Source: Candidatus Caccousia avistercoris | Lineage (GTDB): Bacteria; Bacillota; Clostridia; Oscillospirales; Acutalibacteraceae | Assembly (NCBI GenBank): GCA_018715025.1 | Contig: DVMK01000134.1 | Span: 1 to 55,377, forward strand | DNA length: 55,377 nucleotides | Direction of reading: 5' to 3' | Part shown: one piece after another, positions 1-10,202 of the stretch | Position numbering within the stretch: the first letter of the stretch is position 1 | Layout: every line of letters begins with the position of its first letter | Notes under the pieces: generated by a model | What the model was told of the DNA's origin: nothing | The model's input: only the letters and a program-made list of their open reading frames with translations | Database searches by the model: none | Program-made: the position numbers and the translations under genes

Positions 1-3
1 GTG

Positions 4-1515
4 TTAAATGGTGCCGTCCCAGGTGGAAACGTTGGTGCTCTTGCCCTCTTCCTCGTCGAACCAGTGAGAGGTGACCACCTTTGTCTCGGTGTAGAAACGG
101 AAGCCGTCCTTGCCCAGGCAGTGCAGGTCGCCGATGAAGGAGAGCTTGTGGCCCGAGAAGGGGAACATGCCCACCGGCACCGGAATGCCCACGTTCACGC
201 CCACCATGCCGCCGTCGGTGTGGCGGGCGAATTCCCTGGCGTAGTAGCCGCTCTGGGTGAAGATGACAGAGCCGTTGGCGAAGGGGTTGGCGTTCATCAC
301 TTCCAGGCCTTCCTCAAAGGTCTTGACCCGCTTGATGCACAGCACAGGCCCGAAGATCTCACGGTCGCCCACCGTCATGCCGGGCTTCACATGGTCCAGA
401 ATGGTGGGGCCCAGGTAGAAGCCGTTCTCATAGCCGGGCACCACAATGTCGCGGCCGTCCAGCACCAGCTCGGCGCCCTCGTCCAGACCCTTTTGAATCC
501 AGTCCAGAATAAACTGCTTGTGGGCGGCGTTTACCACCGGGCCCAGCTTGGATTCCTTGTCGTAGGCGGGGCCCACCTTCAGGTTCTGGGCCAGCCGCTT
601 CACGGCGGCCACCAGCTGGTCGGCAATGCCCTCCTGGGCCACTACCACCGGCAGGGCCATGCAGCGCTCGCCGGCGCAGCCGTAGGCGGAATTGATGATG
701 CCCGCGGCGGTGCGCTCCAGGTGGGCGTCGTTCAGCACCAGGGCGTGGTTCTTGGCCTCGCACAGGGCCTGAACCCGCTTGCCCGCAGCGGCGGCGGTGG
801 AGTAAATGTGCAGGCCCACAGAGGTGGAGCCCACAAAGCTGATGCCCTTAATGTCCGGGTGCGTCAGCAGGATTTCCGCCTCGTGGCGGCTGCAGGTGAC
901 AATGTTGATAACGCCGTCCGGCAGGCCCGCCTCCTTGTACAGCTCTGCAAAGCGCAGGGCCGTGCGGGGGGTGAAGGTGGCGGCCTTGATGACGATGGTG
1001 TTGCCGCAGACAATGCACATGGGGGTCATCCAGCCCATGGGGATCATGGAGGGGAAGTTGAAGGGCACGATGCCGGCGAACACGCCCAGAGGTTCCCGGT
1101 ACAATACGCTGTCATACCCGCGGGAAGCGTCCATCAGGCTTTCGCCCTGCAGCAGGGAGGGGGCGGAAATGGCCTGCTCGGTGCCTTCCTTGGCCTTCAG
1201 CACGTCGCCCTCCGCTTCCTTCCAGCACTTGCCGTTTTCCTCGGCCACCAGGTAGGTGAGCTCTTCCATGTGCTCCAGAATCAGCTCCCGCACCTTGTAC
1301 AGGATCTGAACCCTCTTCAGCACCGGGGTGGCGGCCCAGCCGGGGAAGGCCTTCTTGGCGGCCTCTACGGCGGCGTTCACCTCGTCCACGGTGCAGCAGG
1401 GCACCTTGGCGGTCACCTCGCCGGTGCTGGGGTTGTAGGCGTCGGTATATTTTTCCGTCTTGGACTCCACATACTGCCCGTTGATATAGGGCCGCAGCTT
1501 CGCGATTTCACTCAT
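4..1515 (-). CDS. iolA: CoA-acylating (methyl)malonate-semialdehyde dehydrogenase
   Basis: 503 aa ALDH with PFNFP, FVGSTSVG, EAKNH, catalytic GCAGERCMA, EIFGPV and FPFSGHK; last gene of iol operon in the window. Confidence 0.93.
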   Translation of the reverse strand: MSEIAKLRPYINGQYVESKTEKYTDAYNPSTGEVTAKVPCCTVDEVNAAVEAAKKAFPGWAATPVLKRVQILYKVRELILEHMEELTYLVAEENGKCWKEAEGDVLKAKEGTEQAISAPSLLQGESLMDASRGYDSVLYREPLGVFAGIVPFNFPSMIPMGWMTPMCIVCGNTIVIKAATFTPRTALRFAELYKEAGLPDGVINIVTCSRHEAEILLTHPDIKGISFVGSTSVGLHIYSTAAAAGKRVQALCEAKNHALVLNDAHLERTAAGIINSAYGCAGERCMALPVVVAQEGIADQLVAAVKRLAQNLKVGPAYDKESKLGPVVNAAHKQFILDWIQKGLDEGAELVLDGRDIVVPGYENGFYLGPTILDHVKPGMTVGDREIFGPVLCIKRVKTFEEGLEVMNANPFANGSVIFTQSGYYAREFARHTDGGMVGVNVGIPVPVGMFPFSGHKLSFIGDLHCLGKDGFRFYTETKVVTSHWFDEEEGKSTNVSTWDGTI

Positions 1516-1545
1516 GGGTAAACCTTCCTTTCTTGGTTCCGTTTC

Positions 1546-2328
1546 TTACAGCTTGGCGTCCAGAAGCCATTCGTGCTCTGGGGCGTAGATTCTTTCGTGC
1601 CAGGGGTACCCGTCAAAGTGGCGGATCATCCACACGTAATACATGGTGTAGCCGGGGGCCGTCACCTGGGGATGCACCTTGCCGCCGGGGATGGCGCAGA
1701 AGCTGTGGTCCCTGGCCACATAGGCGCTGTCGCCGATGAAGCATCCGCCGAAGCCCTGGGGCTTGTCGAAGCGGTAGTAGTACACCTCGGGCTGGGGGTG
1801 GTGGTGGGGGATGTAGCTGCTCCACCCGCCGTGAGGGGTGATGATCTCGCCGCACACCATGTTGGAGTAGGGGGCGGAGTCATAGTCAAAAAAGGTGCGC
1901 ACCGTGCGGATGGCCTTGCCGCCGTACTGGTCGGCGCCGAAGGTCTCATCCCGGCAGTTTTCCGGGGTGTAGAAATGGGCCGCAAAGGAGCCGCTGTTCT
2001 CTGTGGCCTGCACCAGGATCTCAGACTCCTCCTGCGCCGTCACCGTCACGGGGGTGTTCCGGCACACATGCAGGCAGTAGGCCCCGTCGGTGATGAAGCT
2101 GCCCCGCCGGGCGGCCTGCTCGTTGCCGTCCCAGGCGAAGGTGACTGCGCCCTCCACCAGAAGCACCGCCATTTCCTGGCCTTCCAGCAGGAAGCTGCGG
2201 CTCTGGCCCGGCTTCATCTGGTATGCGGTAATATCCATCATCATCGCCTGGTACTCGCCCTCATGGGCCCTGGTGAGGACGCGCTCCCCCTCCGGGGAAA
2301 GGGCCGGGTACCCAAATTCCTTGCTCAT
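1546..2328 (-). CDS. iolB: 5-deoxy-glucuronate isomerase
   Basis: GGWSSYIPHHHPQPEVYYYRF and HPQVTAPGY KduI/IolB motifs; start moved to ATG 2328 after AGAGG. Confidence 0.92.
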   Translation of the reverse strand: MSKEFGYPALSPEGERVLTRAHEGEYQAMMMDITAYQMKPGQSRSFLLEGQEMAVLLVEGAVTFAWDGNEQAARRGSFITDGAYCLHVCRNTPVTVTAQEESEILVQATENSGSFAAHFYTPENCRDETFGADQYGGKAIRTVRTFFDYDSAPYSNMVCGEIITPHGGWSSYIPHHHPQPEVYYYRFDKPQGFGGCFIGDSAYVARDHSFCAIPGGKVHPQVTAPGYTMYYVWMIRHFDGYPWHERIYAPEHEWLLDAKL

Positions 2329-2358
2329 GGAAAAACCTCTTCTCTGTTCCAAAGTTGT

Positions 2359-3372
2359 TCAGCCGGTAATTTCCGAAATCTTCACCGGGCGGTGCTCCCT
2401 GGCAGACTTGGTGGCCGCCAGGCCGATGAGAACCGCCTTCAGGCCGTCCTCCTGGTTGACCGGCACGTCGGTGCCGTTTACCACCGCGTCCACAAAGGCG
2501 GTGACCTCCTTGGCGTAGGCCTGCATGTACCGCTCCAGGAAGAAGAACAGGGGCTTTTCCCCGGTGACGCCCTCTGCCGTGGCAATTTTAGCGTTGGACA
2601 CGCTGTCGTTTTCCACCGCCACCATGCCCTTGCTGCCGAACACCTCAGCCCGCTGGTCGTAGCCGTAGGCCGCCTGGCGGGAGTTGTCGATGACGGCCAG
2701 GGCGCCGTTTGCCATCTTCATGGTGATGACGGCGGTGTCCACGTCGCCCGCCTCGCCGATGGCCGGGTCTACCAGAACGGCAGACTGTACGTACACCTCT
2801 TCCACGTCGCTGTCCACCAGGAAGCGGGCCATGTCGAAGTCATGGATGGTCATGTCCAGGAACATGCCGCCGGAAACCTTCACATATTCCGCGCTGGGGG
2901 GCTCAGGGTCGCGGGAGGTAATCTTCACAATATGGGGCTGGCCGATTTTCCCGGCCTTCACCGCGTTGTGCACCGCCTCGAAGTTGTGGTCAAAGCGGCG
3001 GTTGAAGCCCACCTGGTACTTCAGGCCGGTGCCCTCCAGGGCGTGGAGAACCTCCTGGATTTTGCCCACGTCGTGGTCGATGGGCTTTTCGCAGAAGATG
3101 TGCTTCCCGGCGGCGATGGCTTCCAGAGAAATGGGGGAATGGGTGTCGGTGGAAGAGCAGATGAGCACCGCGGCAATGTCCGGGTCGTTCAGAATATCGT
3201 GGTAGTCCTTGGAAACGACCTCCACCCCCAGGCCCTTGGCCCACTGAGCGGTCTCCTCTGTCAGGAAGGGGTCGGCTATCGCCTTCACCCTGGCGTTCTT
3301 TACATAATTGCAGATGCTCTCGGTATGTACCTTTCCAATACGGCCTGCGCCGATGATTCCAACGTTCAGCAT
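2359..3372 (-). CDS. iolG: myo-inositol 2-dehydrogenase (Gfo/Idh/MocA)
   Basis: GIIGAGRIG, CEKP, GFNRRFD, SRDP, DMTIHDFD, YGYDQRAE; start ATG 3372 after AAGGAGA. Confidence 0.92.
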   Translation of the reverse strand: MLNVGIIGAGRIGKVHTESICNYVKNARVKAIADPFLTEETAQWAKGLGVEVVSKDYHDILNDPDIAAVLICSSTDTHSPISLEAIAAGKHIFCEKPIDHDVGKIQEVLHALEGTGLKYQVGFNRRFDHNFEAVHNAVKAGKIGQPHIVKITSRDPEPPSAEYVKVSGGMFLDMTIHDFDMARFLVDSDVEEVYVQSAVLVDPAIGEAGDVDTAVITMKMANGALAVIDNSRQAAYGYDQRAEVFGSKGMVAVENDSVSNAKIATAEGVTGEKPLFFFLERYMQAYAKEVTAFVDAVVNGTDVPVNQEDGLKAVLIGLAATKSAREHRPVKISEITG

Positions 3373-3400
3373 AACAGATTCTCTCCTTTTTTCTTGTTGC

Positions 3401-4294
3401 TTACAGCCCTGTTTTTTCCGCAATGTAGCGGCGGGCCTTCATGGCGTATTCCAGCGGGTTGGCCTTGGCCGGGTCCTGCTCGGCCTCCACCACCATCCAG
3501 CCCTCGTAGCCGGCCTCCTCCAGCACCTGGAAGATGGGCCCGAAGTCGATGCAGCCGTCGCCGGGCACGGTGAAGGCGCCCTGCCGCACGCCGCCCAGGA
3601 AGCTGAGGCGCTCCTGCTTTACCTTCGCCACAATCTCAGGGCGAATGTCCTTCAGGTGCACGTGCTTAATCCGCTTGGCGTACTTTTTCACTACCTTCAG
3701 CGGGTCTGCGCCGCAGTAGGCCAGGTGGCCGGTGTCGTACAGCAGGCTGAACAGCTCCGGGTCGGTGTGCTCCATCATGCGGTCAATCTCGTCCTCGTTC
3801 TGCACCACCGTGCCCATGTGGTGGTGGAAGGTGAGGCTCATGCCCTTTTCTTTGGCGATTTTGCCCAGGCGGTTCAGGCCGTCGCAGAGGGTGGCCCACT
3901 CCTGGTCGTTCATCACGTACTTGCCCTCCAGAATGGGCTGGTCCAGCCCCTGGATGCTGTGGCTCTGCTCAGAAACGCCGATCACCTTGGCCCCCAGGTA
4001 TTTCAGAAAGTCCAGCTCCTCTGCGAAGGCGTTGGCCGTCTCTTCAAAGGGCTTGGTGATGAGGAAGGAGGAAAACCACCGGTTGCAGATGGTGAGCCCC
4101 CGCAGGTCCAGGGCCTTTTTCAGCGCTTCCCGGTCCTTGGGGTACTTGTTGCCCACCTCGCAGCCGGAAAACCCGGCCAGCGCCATTTCGCTGACGCACT
4201 GCTCAAAGGTGTTTTCCTTGCCCAGGTCGGGCATGTCGTCGTTGGTCCAGGCAATGGGGGCGATGCCCAGCTTTACTTTCGTTTTGTCCAGCAT
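3401..4294 (-). CDS. iolE: myo-inosose-2 dehydratase
   Basis: [34 protein letters not shown] motifs. Confidence 0.95.
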   Translation of the reverse strand: MLDKTKVKLGIAPIAWTNDDMPDLGKENTFEQCVSEMALAGFSGCEVGNKYPKDREALKKALDLRGLTICNRWFSSFLITKPFEETANAFAEELDFLKYLGAKVIGVSEQSHSIQGLDQPILEGKYVMNDQEWATLCDGLNRLGKIAKEKGMSLTFHHHMGTVVQNEDEIDRMMEHTDPELFSLLYDTGHLAYCGADPLKVVKKYAKRIKHVHLKDIRPEIVAKVKQERLSFLGGVRQGAFTVPGDGCIDFGPIFQVLEEAGYEGWMVVEAEQDPAKANPLEYAMKARRYIAEKTGL

Positions 4295-4346
4295 GATGTA
4301 TGGCTCCTTTTGCAGATTTTATGGTTGTTTTTGATTTTGCGGTTTG

Positions 4347-6284
4347 TCAATATTTCCGGGCCTTTTCCAGCATGGCTTCCTTCTCCTGGTACGCCTGGCG
4401 CACGCCCTCCTTCTGAGAGGTGGAGGCGATGCCCACATGCCACCAGGAATGGTAGCCGTCCGTCATGGTTTTGGGCAGCACCTTGATGTCAATGAGGGTG
4501 GAAACCGTCTGCTGCTTGGCGTCCTCCAGGGCGGCCTTCAGCTCGTCGATGCTGCGGACGGTGTAGGTCTTGGCCCCGTAGCCGGAGGCGCACTTGGCAA
4601 AGTTAATGGGGATGAGCCCCCCGTTCAGGCCGCCGTCCTCGCTGCGGAAGCGGAACTCGGTGGCCAGGCTGCCGATGCCGTTGCTCATCTGCAGGTTGTT
4701 GATGCAGCCGAAGCCGCAGTTGTCAAAGACCAGCAGGTTGATCTTTTTCCCCTCCTGAATGGCGGTAACCAGCTCGGAGTGGAGCATCAGGTAGCTGCCG
4801 TCGCCCAGCATGGCATAGCATTCCCGCTCCGGCTCGGCCAGCTTGGCGCCCAGGGCCGCGGCGATCTCGTACCCCATGCAGGAGTAGCCGTACTCCATGT
4901 GGTAAGAGTCCCGCGCGTCGGTGGTCCACATGCGCTGCAGGTCGCCCGGAAGGCTGCCCGACGCGCCGGTGACAATGGCGTCGGGGCTGATGGTCTCGCG
5001 AATGGCGCAGATAGCCGCCACCTGGGTCATGGCGCTGCCGGTAAGCTGAATGAATTCCTCTATGGTGGCCGGGTTCCTGGCCTCAATCAGGGGCTTGAAG
5101 TCCTTGCCGGTGTAGGCGTAATTCCGCAGGAAGTCCATCTCCTTGGCCCAAGCCGCCTTGGCGTTCTGGATTTCGTCGGTGTAAGCGCTCCGGTAGCCTG
5201 TTTTCCGCAGCTTTTCCCCCAGGGCCAGCAGCGTTGCCTTGGCGTCGCCCACCGCCTTCACCGCGTCCCACTTGTACGCGTGGAACCGGGAAAGGTTGAT
5301 GGAGGCCACCTTCACGCCGGGGTTCTTGAACTGCGCCTTGGAACCGGTGGTGAAGTCGCTCATGCGGGAGCCCACGGCGAGGATCAGATCCGCCTCCTCC
5401 GCCAGCAGGTTGGCGGAAAGGTTGCCGGTAACGCCCACGCCGCCCACATTGTAGGGGGAGCTGGAACGGCAGGCGGATTTGCCGGCCTGGGTTTCGGCAA
5501 AGGGAATGTGGAACTCGGCGCAGAAGTCCTCCAGCACCTGGCCCGCCAGCGAATATTTCACGCCGCCGCCGCAGATGACCAGCGGCTTTTTGCTGCTGCG
5601 GACAAGCGCCGCCACGTCCTCCAGCTCTTCCTCCACCGGGACGGGCCGGGTGATGCGGTGCACCCGCTTCTGGAAGAAATAGTCCGGGAAGTCCCAGCTT
5701 TCGCCCTCCACGTCCTGAGGAAGGGCAATGCACACGGCCCCCGTCTCTGCCGGGTCGGTGAGCACCCGCATGGCGCTGAGCATGGCGGTCATCAGCTGCT
5801 CTGGCCGGGCGACCCGGTCCCAGTACTTGCACACCGGGCGGAAGGCGTCGTTGGTGGTGACCCCCAGGCAGGAGGGCTGCTCAATCTGCTGCAGCACCGG
5901 GTCGGGCTGGCGGGTAGAGAAGGCGTCGCCGGGCAGCAGCAGCAGGGGGATGTTGTTCACGGTGGCGCAGGCCGCCGCCGTCACCATGTTGGCCGCCCCC
6001 GGGCCGATGGAGGAGGCGCAGGCGATGATCTTTTTCCGGTCGTTCTGCTTGGCAAAGGCCGCGGCCACGTGGGCCATGCCCTGCTCGTTCTTCCCCTGAA
6101 ACACCTTCAGGCCGCCGGGGTTTTCGTCCAGCGCCTGGCCCAGCCCGCACACAATGCCGTGGCCGAACACGGTGAAAATCCCTTCCACAAACTTGGTTTC
6201 CTCCCCGTCCATGCACACGTACTGCTGGTCCAGGAAGCGGACCAGCGCCTGGCCCACCGTCATCCGTATCGTTCCCATTTTCAT
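4347..6284 (-). CDS. iolD: 3D-(3,5/4)-trihydroxycyclohexane-1,2-dione acylhydrolase (TPP-dependent)
   Basis: [45 protein letters not shown]. Confidence 0.95.
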   Translation of the reverse strand: MKMGTIRMTVGQALVRFLDQQYVCMDGEETKFVEGIFTVFGHGIVCGLGQALDENPGGLKVFQGKNEQGMAHVAAAFAKQNDRKKIIACASSIGPGAANMVTAAACATVNNIPLLLLPGDAFSTRQPDPVLQQIEQPSCLGVTTNDAFRPVCKYWDRVARPEQLMTAMLSAMRVLTDPAETGAVCIALPQDVEGESWDFPDYFFQKRVHRITRPVPVEEELEDVAALVRSSKKPLVICGGGVKYSLAGQVLEDFCAEFHIPFAETQAGKSACRSSSPYNVGGVGVTGNLSANLLAEEADLILAVGSRMSDFTTGSKAQFKNPGVKVASINLSRFHAYKWDAVKAVGDAKATLLALGEKLRKTGYRSAYTDEIQNAKAAWAKEMDFLRNYAYTGKDFKPLIEARNPATIEEFIQLTGSAMTQVAAICAIRETISPDAIVTGASGSLPGDLQRMWTTDARDSYHMEYGYSCMGYEIAAALGAKLAEPERECYAMLGDGSYLMLHSELVTAIQEGKKINLLVFDNCGFGCINNLQMSNGIGSLATEFRFRSEDGGLNGGLIPINFAKCASGYGAKTYTVRSIDELKAALEDAKQQTVSTLIDIKVLPKTMTDGYHSWWHVGIASTSQKEGVRQAYQEKEAMLEKARKY

Positions 6285-6297
6285 TTCCCCCTTCGCG

Positions 6298-7314
6298 TTA
6301 TCCCCGCGCTACCATTTCGCCGTATTTTTCCTTGCACTCGGCAATGTACGCCCGGATTTTCTCCACCGACGGCATGTCGGGGCTGCACCCGTGGCTGGCC
6401 ACCAGCAGGGAGGCCGAGGCGCTGCCGAATTCCAGGCAGTCGATCATCTCCCAGCCCTCCAGCACGCCGTACAGGAAGGCGGAGGCATAGCCGTCGCCGC
6501 CGCCGAAGGATTTCAGCGCGTGGATGGGGAAGGGCTTGATGTTGTAGCTGGCCCCGTCCCGGGTGTAGGCGGTGGAGCCCTGCTTGCCGTGCTTGATCAC
6601 CACAATCTTGGCGTTCTGGCCCTGCCAGTAGGCGGCGGATTCCTGGTCTGTCATGCCGGGGCGGATGAGGCTTTCCGTCAGGTCGTATTCCTCCCGGGAG
6701 CCCAGGATGATGTCCGCTTCCCTGGCGGCCATGGAATAATAAATGCTCATTTCGTCCTTGCTCTTCCAGTTGTAGGCCCGGTAGTCAATGTCGAACACCA
6801 CAGGGGTGTTGGTGCGCCGGGCCAGGCAGACAGCCTTGAGGGCGGCCTCACGGGAGGGGCTCTGGGCCAGGGCCGTGCCGGAAATCAGCAGGGCCTTGGC
6901 GTTTTTGATGTACTCCTCGTCAATGTCGGCCGGATCCAGGGAAAGGTCGGCGATCTGGTTCCGGTACATGAGGATGCTGCTCTCGTCCTCGCTCAAAATC
7001 TCTGTGAAGGTAAGGCCCAGCTTTTCCCCGTTGGTGCACCGGCGGATGCGGGAGCAGTCCACCCCCTCCGCGCCGAACACGTCCAGCACAAAGTCGCCGA
7101 ACCGGTCGTCGGAGACGCGGCAGAAAAAGCCGCATTTCTTCCCCAGGCGCGAAAGCCCCACCGCAATGTTGGCGGGGGAACCGCCCAGGTATTTTTTAAA
7201 GGTAGTGCTCTCGGCCAATGTCTGGAAATAGTCCACCGGGTTCAGGTCAATGGCGGCCCGGCCCAGCAGAACCATGTCCATCGGCCTGCTTTGGTCAAAT
7301 TCTATGTACTTCAT
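6298..7314 (-). CDS. iolC: 5-dehydro-2-deoxygluconokinase (PfkB family)
   Basis: [35 protein letters not shown]. Confidence 0.93.
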   Translation of the reverse strand: MKYIEFDQSRPMDMVLLGRAAIDLNPVDYFQTLAESTTFKKYLGGSPANIAVGLSRLGKKCGFFCRVSDDRFGDFVLDVFGAEGVDCSRIRRCTNGEKLGLTFTEILSEDESSILMYRNQIADLSLDPADIDEEYIKNAKALLISGTALAQSPSREAALKAVCLARRTNTPVVFDIDYRAYNWKSKDEMSIYYSMAAREADIILGSREEYDLTESLIRPGMTDQESAAYWQGQNAKIVVIKHGKQGSTAYTRDGASYNIKPFPIHALKSFGGGDGYASAFLYGVLEGWEMIDCLEFGSASASLLVASHGCSPDMPSVEKIRAYIAECKEKYGEMVARG

Positions 7315-7335
7315 TTCCCTTGCTCCCCTTTCGAT

Positions 7336-8181
7336 TCAAAGGCTTTCATGGTTGAAAATATGGATGTGGCGCAGCACGTTTTCATACACCGCCTGCTCCA
7401 TGGCGGCGGTAAGGCCGAAGAACCCGGCGGCTTCCCCCTCCTGCTTCAGGTAGCGGGCCGCCCCCGCCGTGAGGGCGTCAAAGCTGGCGGTGGCAATGTT
7501 GATTTTGCAGATGCCGTTTTCCGCGCACCGCTGGAAATCTGCCGGGGTAATGCCGGTGCCCCCGTGCAGCACCAGCGGGGCTTCCACCCGCGCCGCCACC
7601 TGGGCCAGCACGTCGAACCGCAGCTGGGGGGCCGCCCTGTAGTTGCCGTGGGCGTTGCCGATGGCCACCGCCAGGGCGTCTACCCCGGTTTCCTGCTGGA
7701 AGCGCTCCGCCTCAGCCGGGTCGGTGCACACGCAGGCGTTTTTCTCTGTGCCGTCCTCGCTGCCGCCCACCCGGCCCAGCTCCGCTTCCACAGAAGCGCC
7801 GTAAGAGGCGGCCAGGGCGGCGGCCTCCTTCGTCCTGCGGATGTTCTCCTCCAGCGGCAGCTTGGAACCGTCGAACATCACAGAGGTGAAGCCGAGCTCC
7901 AGCGCCTGGCGGAGCACCTCCTGCGTGAGGCCGTGGTCCAGGTGGACCGCTACCGGCACCCTGGCGGCCCTGGCCGCCCCCACCATCATGGGCCCGAGAA
8001 GGGCCAGGGGCGAGTAGGGCAGGCGCACCTCCGCCACCTGTAAAATGATGGGCGTGCCGGTTTCCTCCGCCGCCCGCACGGCGCCCATCACCATCTCCAT
8101 GCTCCCCACGCTGAAAGAGCCAACCGCCCGGTTGGTCCCCTTTACCGCCGAGAGCAATTCCTTCATATTGCAGAGAGACAA
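7336..8181 (-). CDS. iolJ: class II aldolase, probable 6-phospho-5-dehydro-2-deoxy-D-gluconate aldolase
   Basis: HLDHG, EAELG, GNAHG, LVLHGGTG, KINIAT; first gene of iol operon; likely TTG start 8181 (GTG 8190 alternative). Confidence 0.8.
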   Translation of the reverse strand: MSLCNMKELLSAVKGTNRAVGSFSVGSMEMVMGAVRAAEETGTPIILQVAEVRLPYSPLALLGPMMVGAARAARVPVAVHLDHGLTQEVLRQALELGFTSVMFDGSKLPLEENIRRTKEAAALAASYGASVEAELGRVGGSEDGTEKNACVCTDPAEAERFQQETGVDALAVAIGNAHGNYRAAPQLRFDVLAQVAARVEAPLVLHGGTGITPADFQRCAENGICKINIATASFDALTAGAARYLKQEGEAAGFFGLTAAMEQAVYENVLRHIHIFNHESL

Positions 8182-8215
8182 TTGCAGCACCCTCTTTTGG
8201 TTAAATTATGAGTAT

Positions 8216-8244
8216 ATAATAGCACAGTTTATCATAGATCACAA
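8216..8244 (-). promoter_or_regulatory. sigma-A-type promoter of iol operon
   Basis: minus strand TTGTGA-17 nt-TATTAT with TG extension, ~35 nt upstream of iolJ start. Confidence 0.6.
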
Positions 8245-8438
8245 GAGATAATTTGAAAAAATCCCGTGATCTTTCCAGAAATTCAGGCGCTCTCTTGATA
8301 AAAAAGAGCAAAACAGACGGATGATTTGGAGAATCACCGCTGAAAACCGGGATATAATCAGAAAAATCCAGGATTTCCCCTAAGAAATATCCATTATATG
8401 CGCATAAAATAATCATCTTCCCGCCCCGTTTTTCCGGG

Positions 8439-8467
8439 GCATAATTCAGAACGCCCGGCATATAAGT
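8439..8467 (+). promoter_or_regulatory. candidate sporulation (sigma-E-like) promoter
   Basis: gcATA-15 nt-CATAtaagt directly upstream of the deacetylase RBS. Confidence 0.35.
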
Positions 8468-8487
8468 GTGGAAAGGGGGGAATGGGA

Positions 8488-9366
8488 ATGTACACGTCGG
8501 TACGGCTGAAAAAATGGGTGCTGGCCGCTGCGGCGGCGCTGGCCCTGGGGTGCGCGGCGGGCGGGCTGCTGAAGGGCGCCGGGGCTGTGGAGGCCGCCGC
8601 CCCCGCCCGGGAGGGAACGCCTCTGCCGGTAATTATGTACCACGGCCTTCTGCGGGACGAGGCCCTGCAGGGGGATTATGTCATAAGCCCCGAGATTCTG
8701 GAAAGCGACATGGCTTACCTGCAGGAACAGGGCTACACCGCCCTGCACATTCAGGACCTGCTGGACTATGTGGACGGAAAGGCCGGGCTGCCGGAAAAGC
8801 CCGTGCTGCTCACCTTTGACGACGGCTATTACAACAATTACCTGTACGCCTATCCGCTGGCGCAGAAATACCAGATGAAGCTTGTCGTTGCGCCCATCGG
8901 CTACTACACCGACCAGTACAGCGAGACGAAGGACGAACACGCGCCCTATTCCCACATTACCTGGGACCAAATGGCAGAGATGCAGGAGAGCGGGCTGGTG
9001 GAATTTCAAAACCACACCTACAACCTGCACGGCAGCGGCGGGCAGCGGCTGGGAACCAAAAAGCTGGCGGGGGAGAGCAGCGAGGCCTACGCCGCCCTTT
9101 TGTCAGAGGATTTGATGAGGATGCAGAAAAAAATGGAGGATCACCTGGGCCGGGCTCCCTCCTGCTTTGTGTACCCCTTTGGGGCCGTCAGCGAGACAGA
9201 GCCGGAAATCATCCGCAGCCTGGGCTTCCGCTGTACCCTAACCTGCGAAAGCCGCATAAATTATATTACCCGGGATGCGGAATGCCTGTACGGCCTGGGG
9301 CGGTGGCGCCGTCCCCCCGGCACGCCGAGCGGGGAGTTCTTCCAGGAGATCTTGGGCGGGGCATGA
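8488..9366 (+). CDS. polysaccharide deacetylase (CE4/NodB family) with N-terminal signal/anchor
   Basis: IMYHG, TFDDG, NHTYNLH, YPFG motifs; hydrophobic N-terminus. Confidence 0.88.
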   Translation: MYTSVRLKKWVLAAAAALALGCAAGGLLKGAGAVEAAAPAREGTPLPVIMYHGLLRDEALQGDYVISPEILESDMAYLQEQGYTALHIQDLLDYVDGKAGLPEKPVLLTFDDGYYNNYLYAYPLAQKYQMKLVVAPIGYYTDQYSETKDEHAPYSHITWDQMAEMQESGLVEFQNHTYNLHGSGGQRLGTKKLAGESSEAYAALLSEDLMRMQKKMEDHLGRAPSCFVYPFGAVSETEPEIIRSLGFRCTLTCESRINYITRDAECLYGLGRWRRPPGTPSGEFFQEILGGA

Positions 9367-9412
9367 CCCCCGGGCCACAGTATGCGAACGAGAGAATAGG
9401 AGGATTTTTCCC

Positions 9413-10150
9413 ATGCCGAGAATCTTTTTGAGCCCTTCCCTTCAGCCCTACAACAAGTATGTGGGGGGCGGGGATGAGCAGCAGTATATGAACCAGGTGG
9501 CGGACGCCATGGAGCCCTGGCTGCGGGCCAACGGCATCCAGTTTTCCCGGAATACCATCGGCACCAGCGTAGGCCAGGCTATCCGGGATTCCAACGCCGG
9601 GTACTACGACCTGCACCTGGCGCTGCATTCCAACGCGGCGCCGGAGCACCTGAGCGGGAAGCTGTACGGAACCGACATGTATTATTACCCCTACAGCGCG
9701 GCGGGCAGGCGCGCCGCGGAGGTTTTGGCGGAAAACTACCGGAAAATCGCCCTTCACCCTGACAGCGTGCGCCCTCTTCCCACCACTACCCTGGTGGAGG
9801 TCACCAAAACGAACGCCCCCGCCGTGCTGGTGGAAACAGAGTACCACGACAACAGCGAGGGCGCCGATTGGATCCGGAGCCATGTGGAGGAGATTGCGGA
9901 AAACCTGGTAGAGGGCCTGACCATCTATTTCGGGATCCCCTTCATCCGCCAGGTGGAAGCCCCCCGCTGCGCTGTGGTCGTCACCAAGGAAAGCCCCCTG
10001 AACCTGCGCAAGCGCCCCAGCCTGGACGCCCCTGTGGTCACGCAGATCCCCAAGGGGGCTGCGGTGACGGTGTACGGGGAATGGCAGGGCTGGTATGTGG
10101 TGGGGTACAACGACATGGTAGGCTATGCCGACGCCTCCTACATCCAGTGA
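9413..10150 (+). CDS. N-acetylmuramoyl-L-alanine amidase (Amidase_3-like) with C-terminal SH3b domain
   Basis: ALHSNA, AVLVETEYHD, LNLRKRPS...GWYVV...GYADASYI; AGGAGG RBS before ATG 9413. Confidence 0.85.
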   Translation: MPRIFLSPSLQPYNKYVGGGDEQQYMNQVADAMEPWLRANGIQFSRNTIGTSVGQAIRDSNAGYYDLHLALHSNAAPEHLSGKLYGTDMYYYPYSAAGRRAAEVLAENYRKIALHPDSVRPLPTTTLVEVTKTNAPAVLVETEYHDNSEGADWIRSHVEEIAENLVEGLTIYFGIPFIRQVEAPRCAVVVTKESPLNLRKRPSLDAPVVTQIPKGAAVTVYGEWQGWYVVGYNDMVGYADASYIQ

Positions 10151-10170
10151 CAGCCCTTTCCCCGCCTGAG

Positions 10171-10202
10171 AAAAACCCGCCTGTTCAAGCAGGCGGGTTT
10201 TT
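10171..10202. terminator. bidirectional intrinsic terminator
   Basis: AAAAACCCGCCTG-TTCAAG-CAGGCGGGTTTTT perfect 13-bp stem between convergent genes. Confidence 0.85.

Noticed and set aside
1-8043. Long plus-strand ORFs (1-1521, 1573-3573, 4344-6539, 6154-8043) and similar antisense ORFs over cob genes and polA (50142-52289)
   Set aside because: Antisense shadows of real genes caused by high GC3 codon bias; no motifs or RBS
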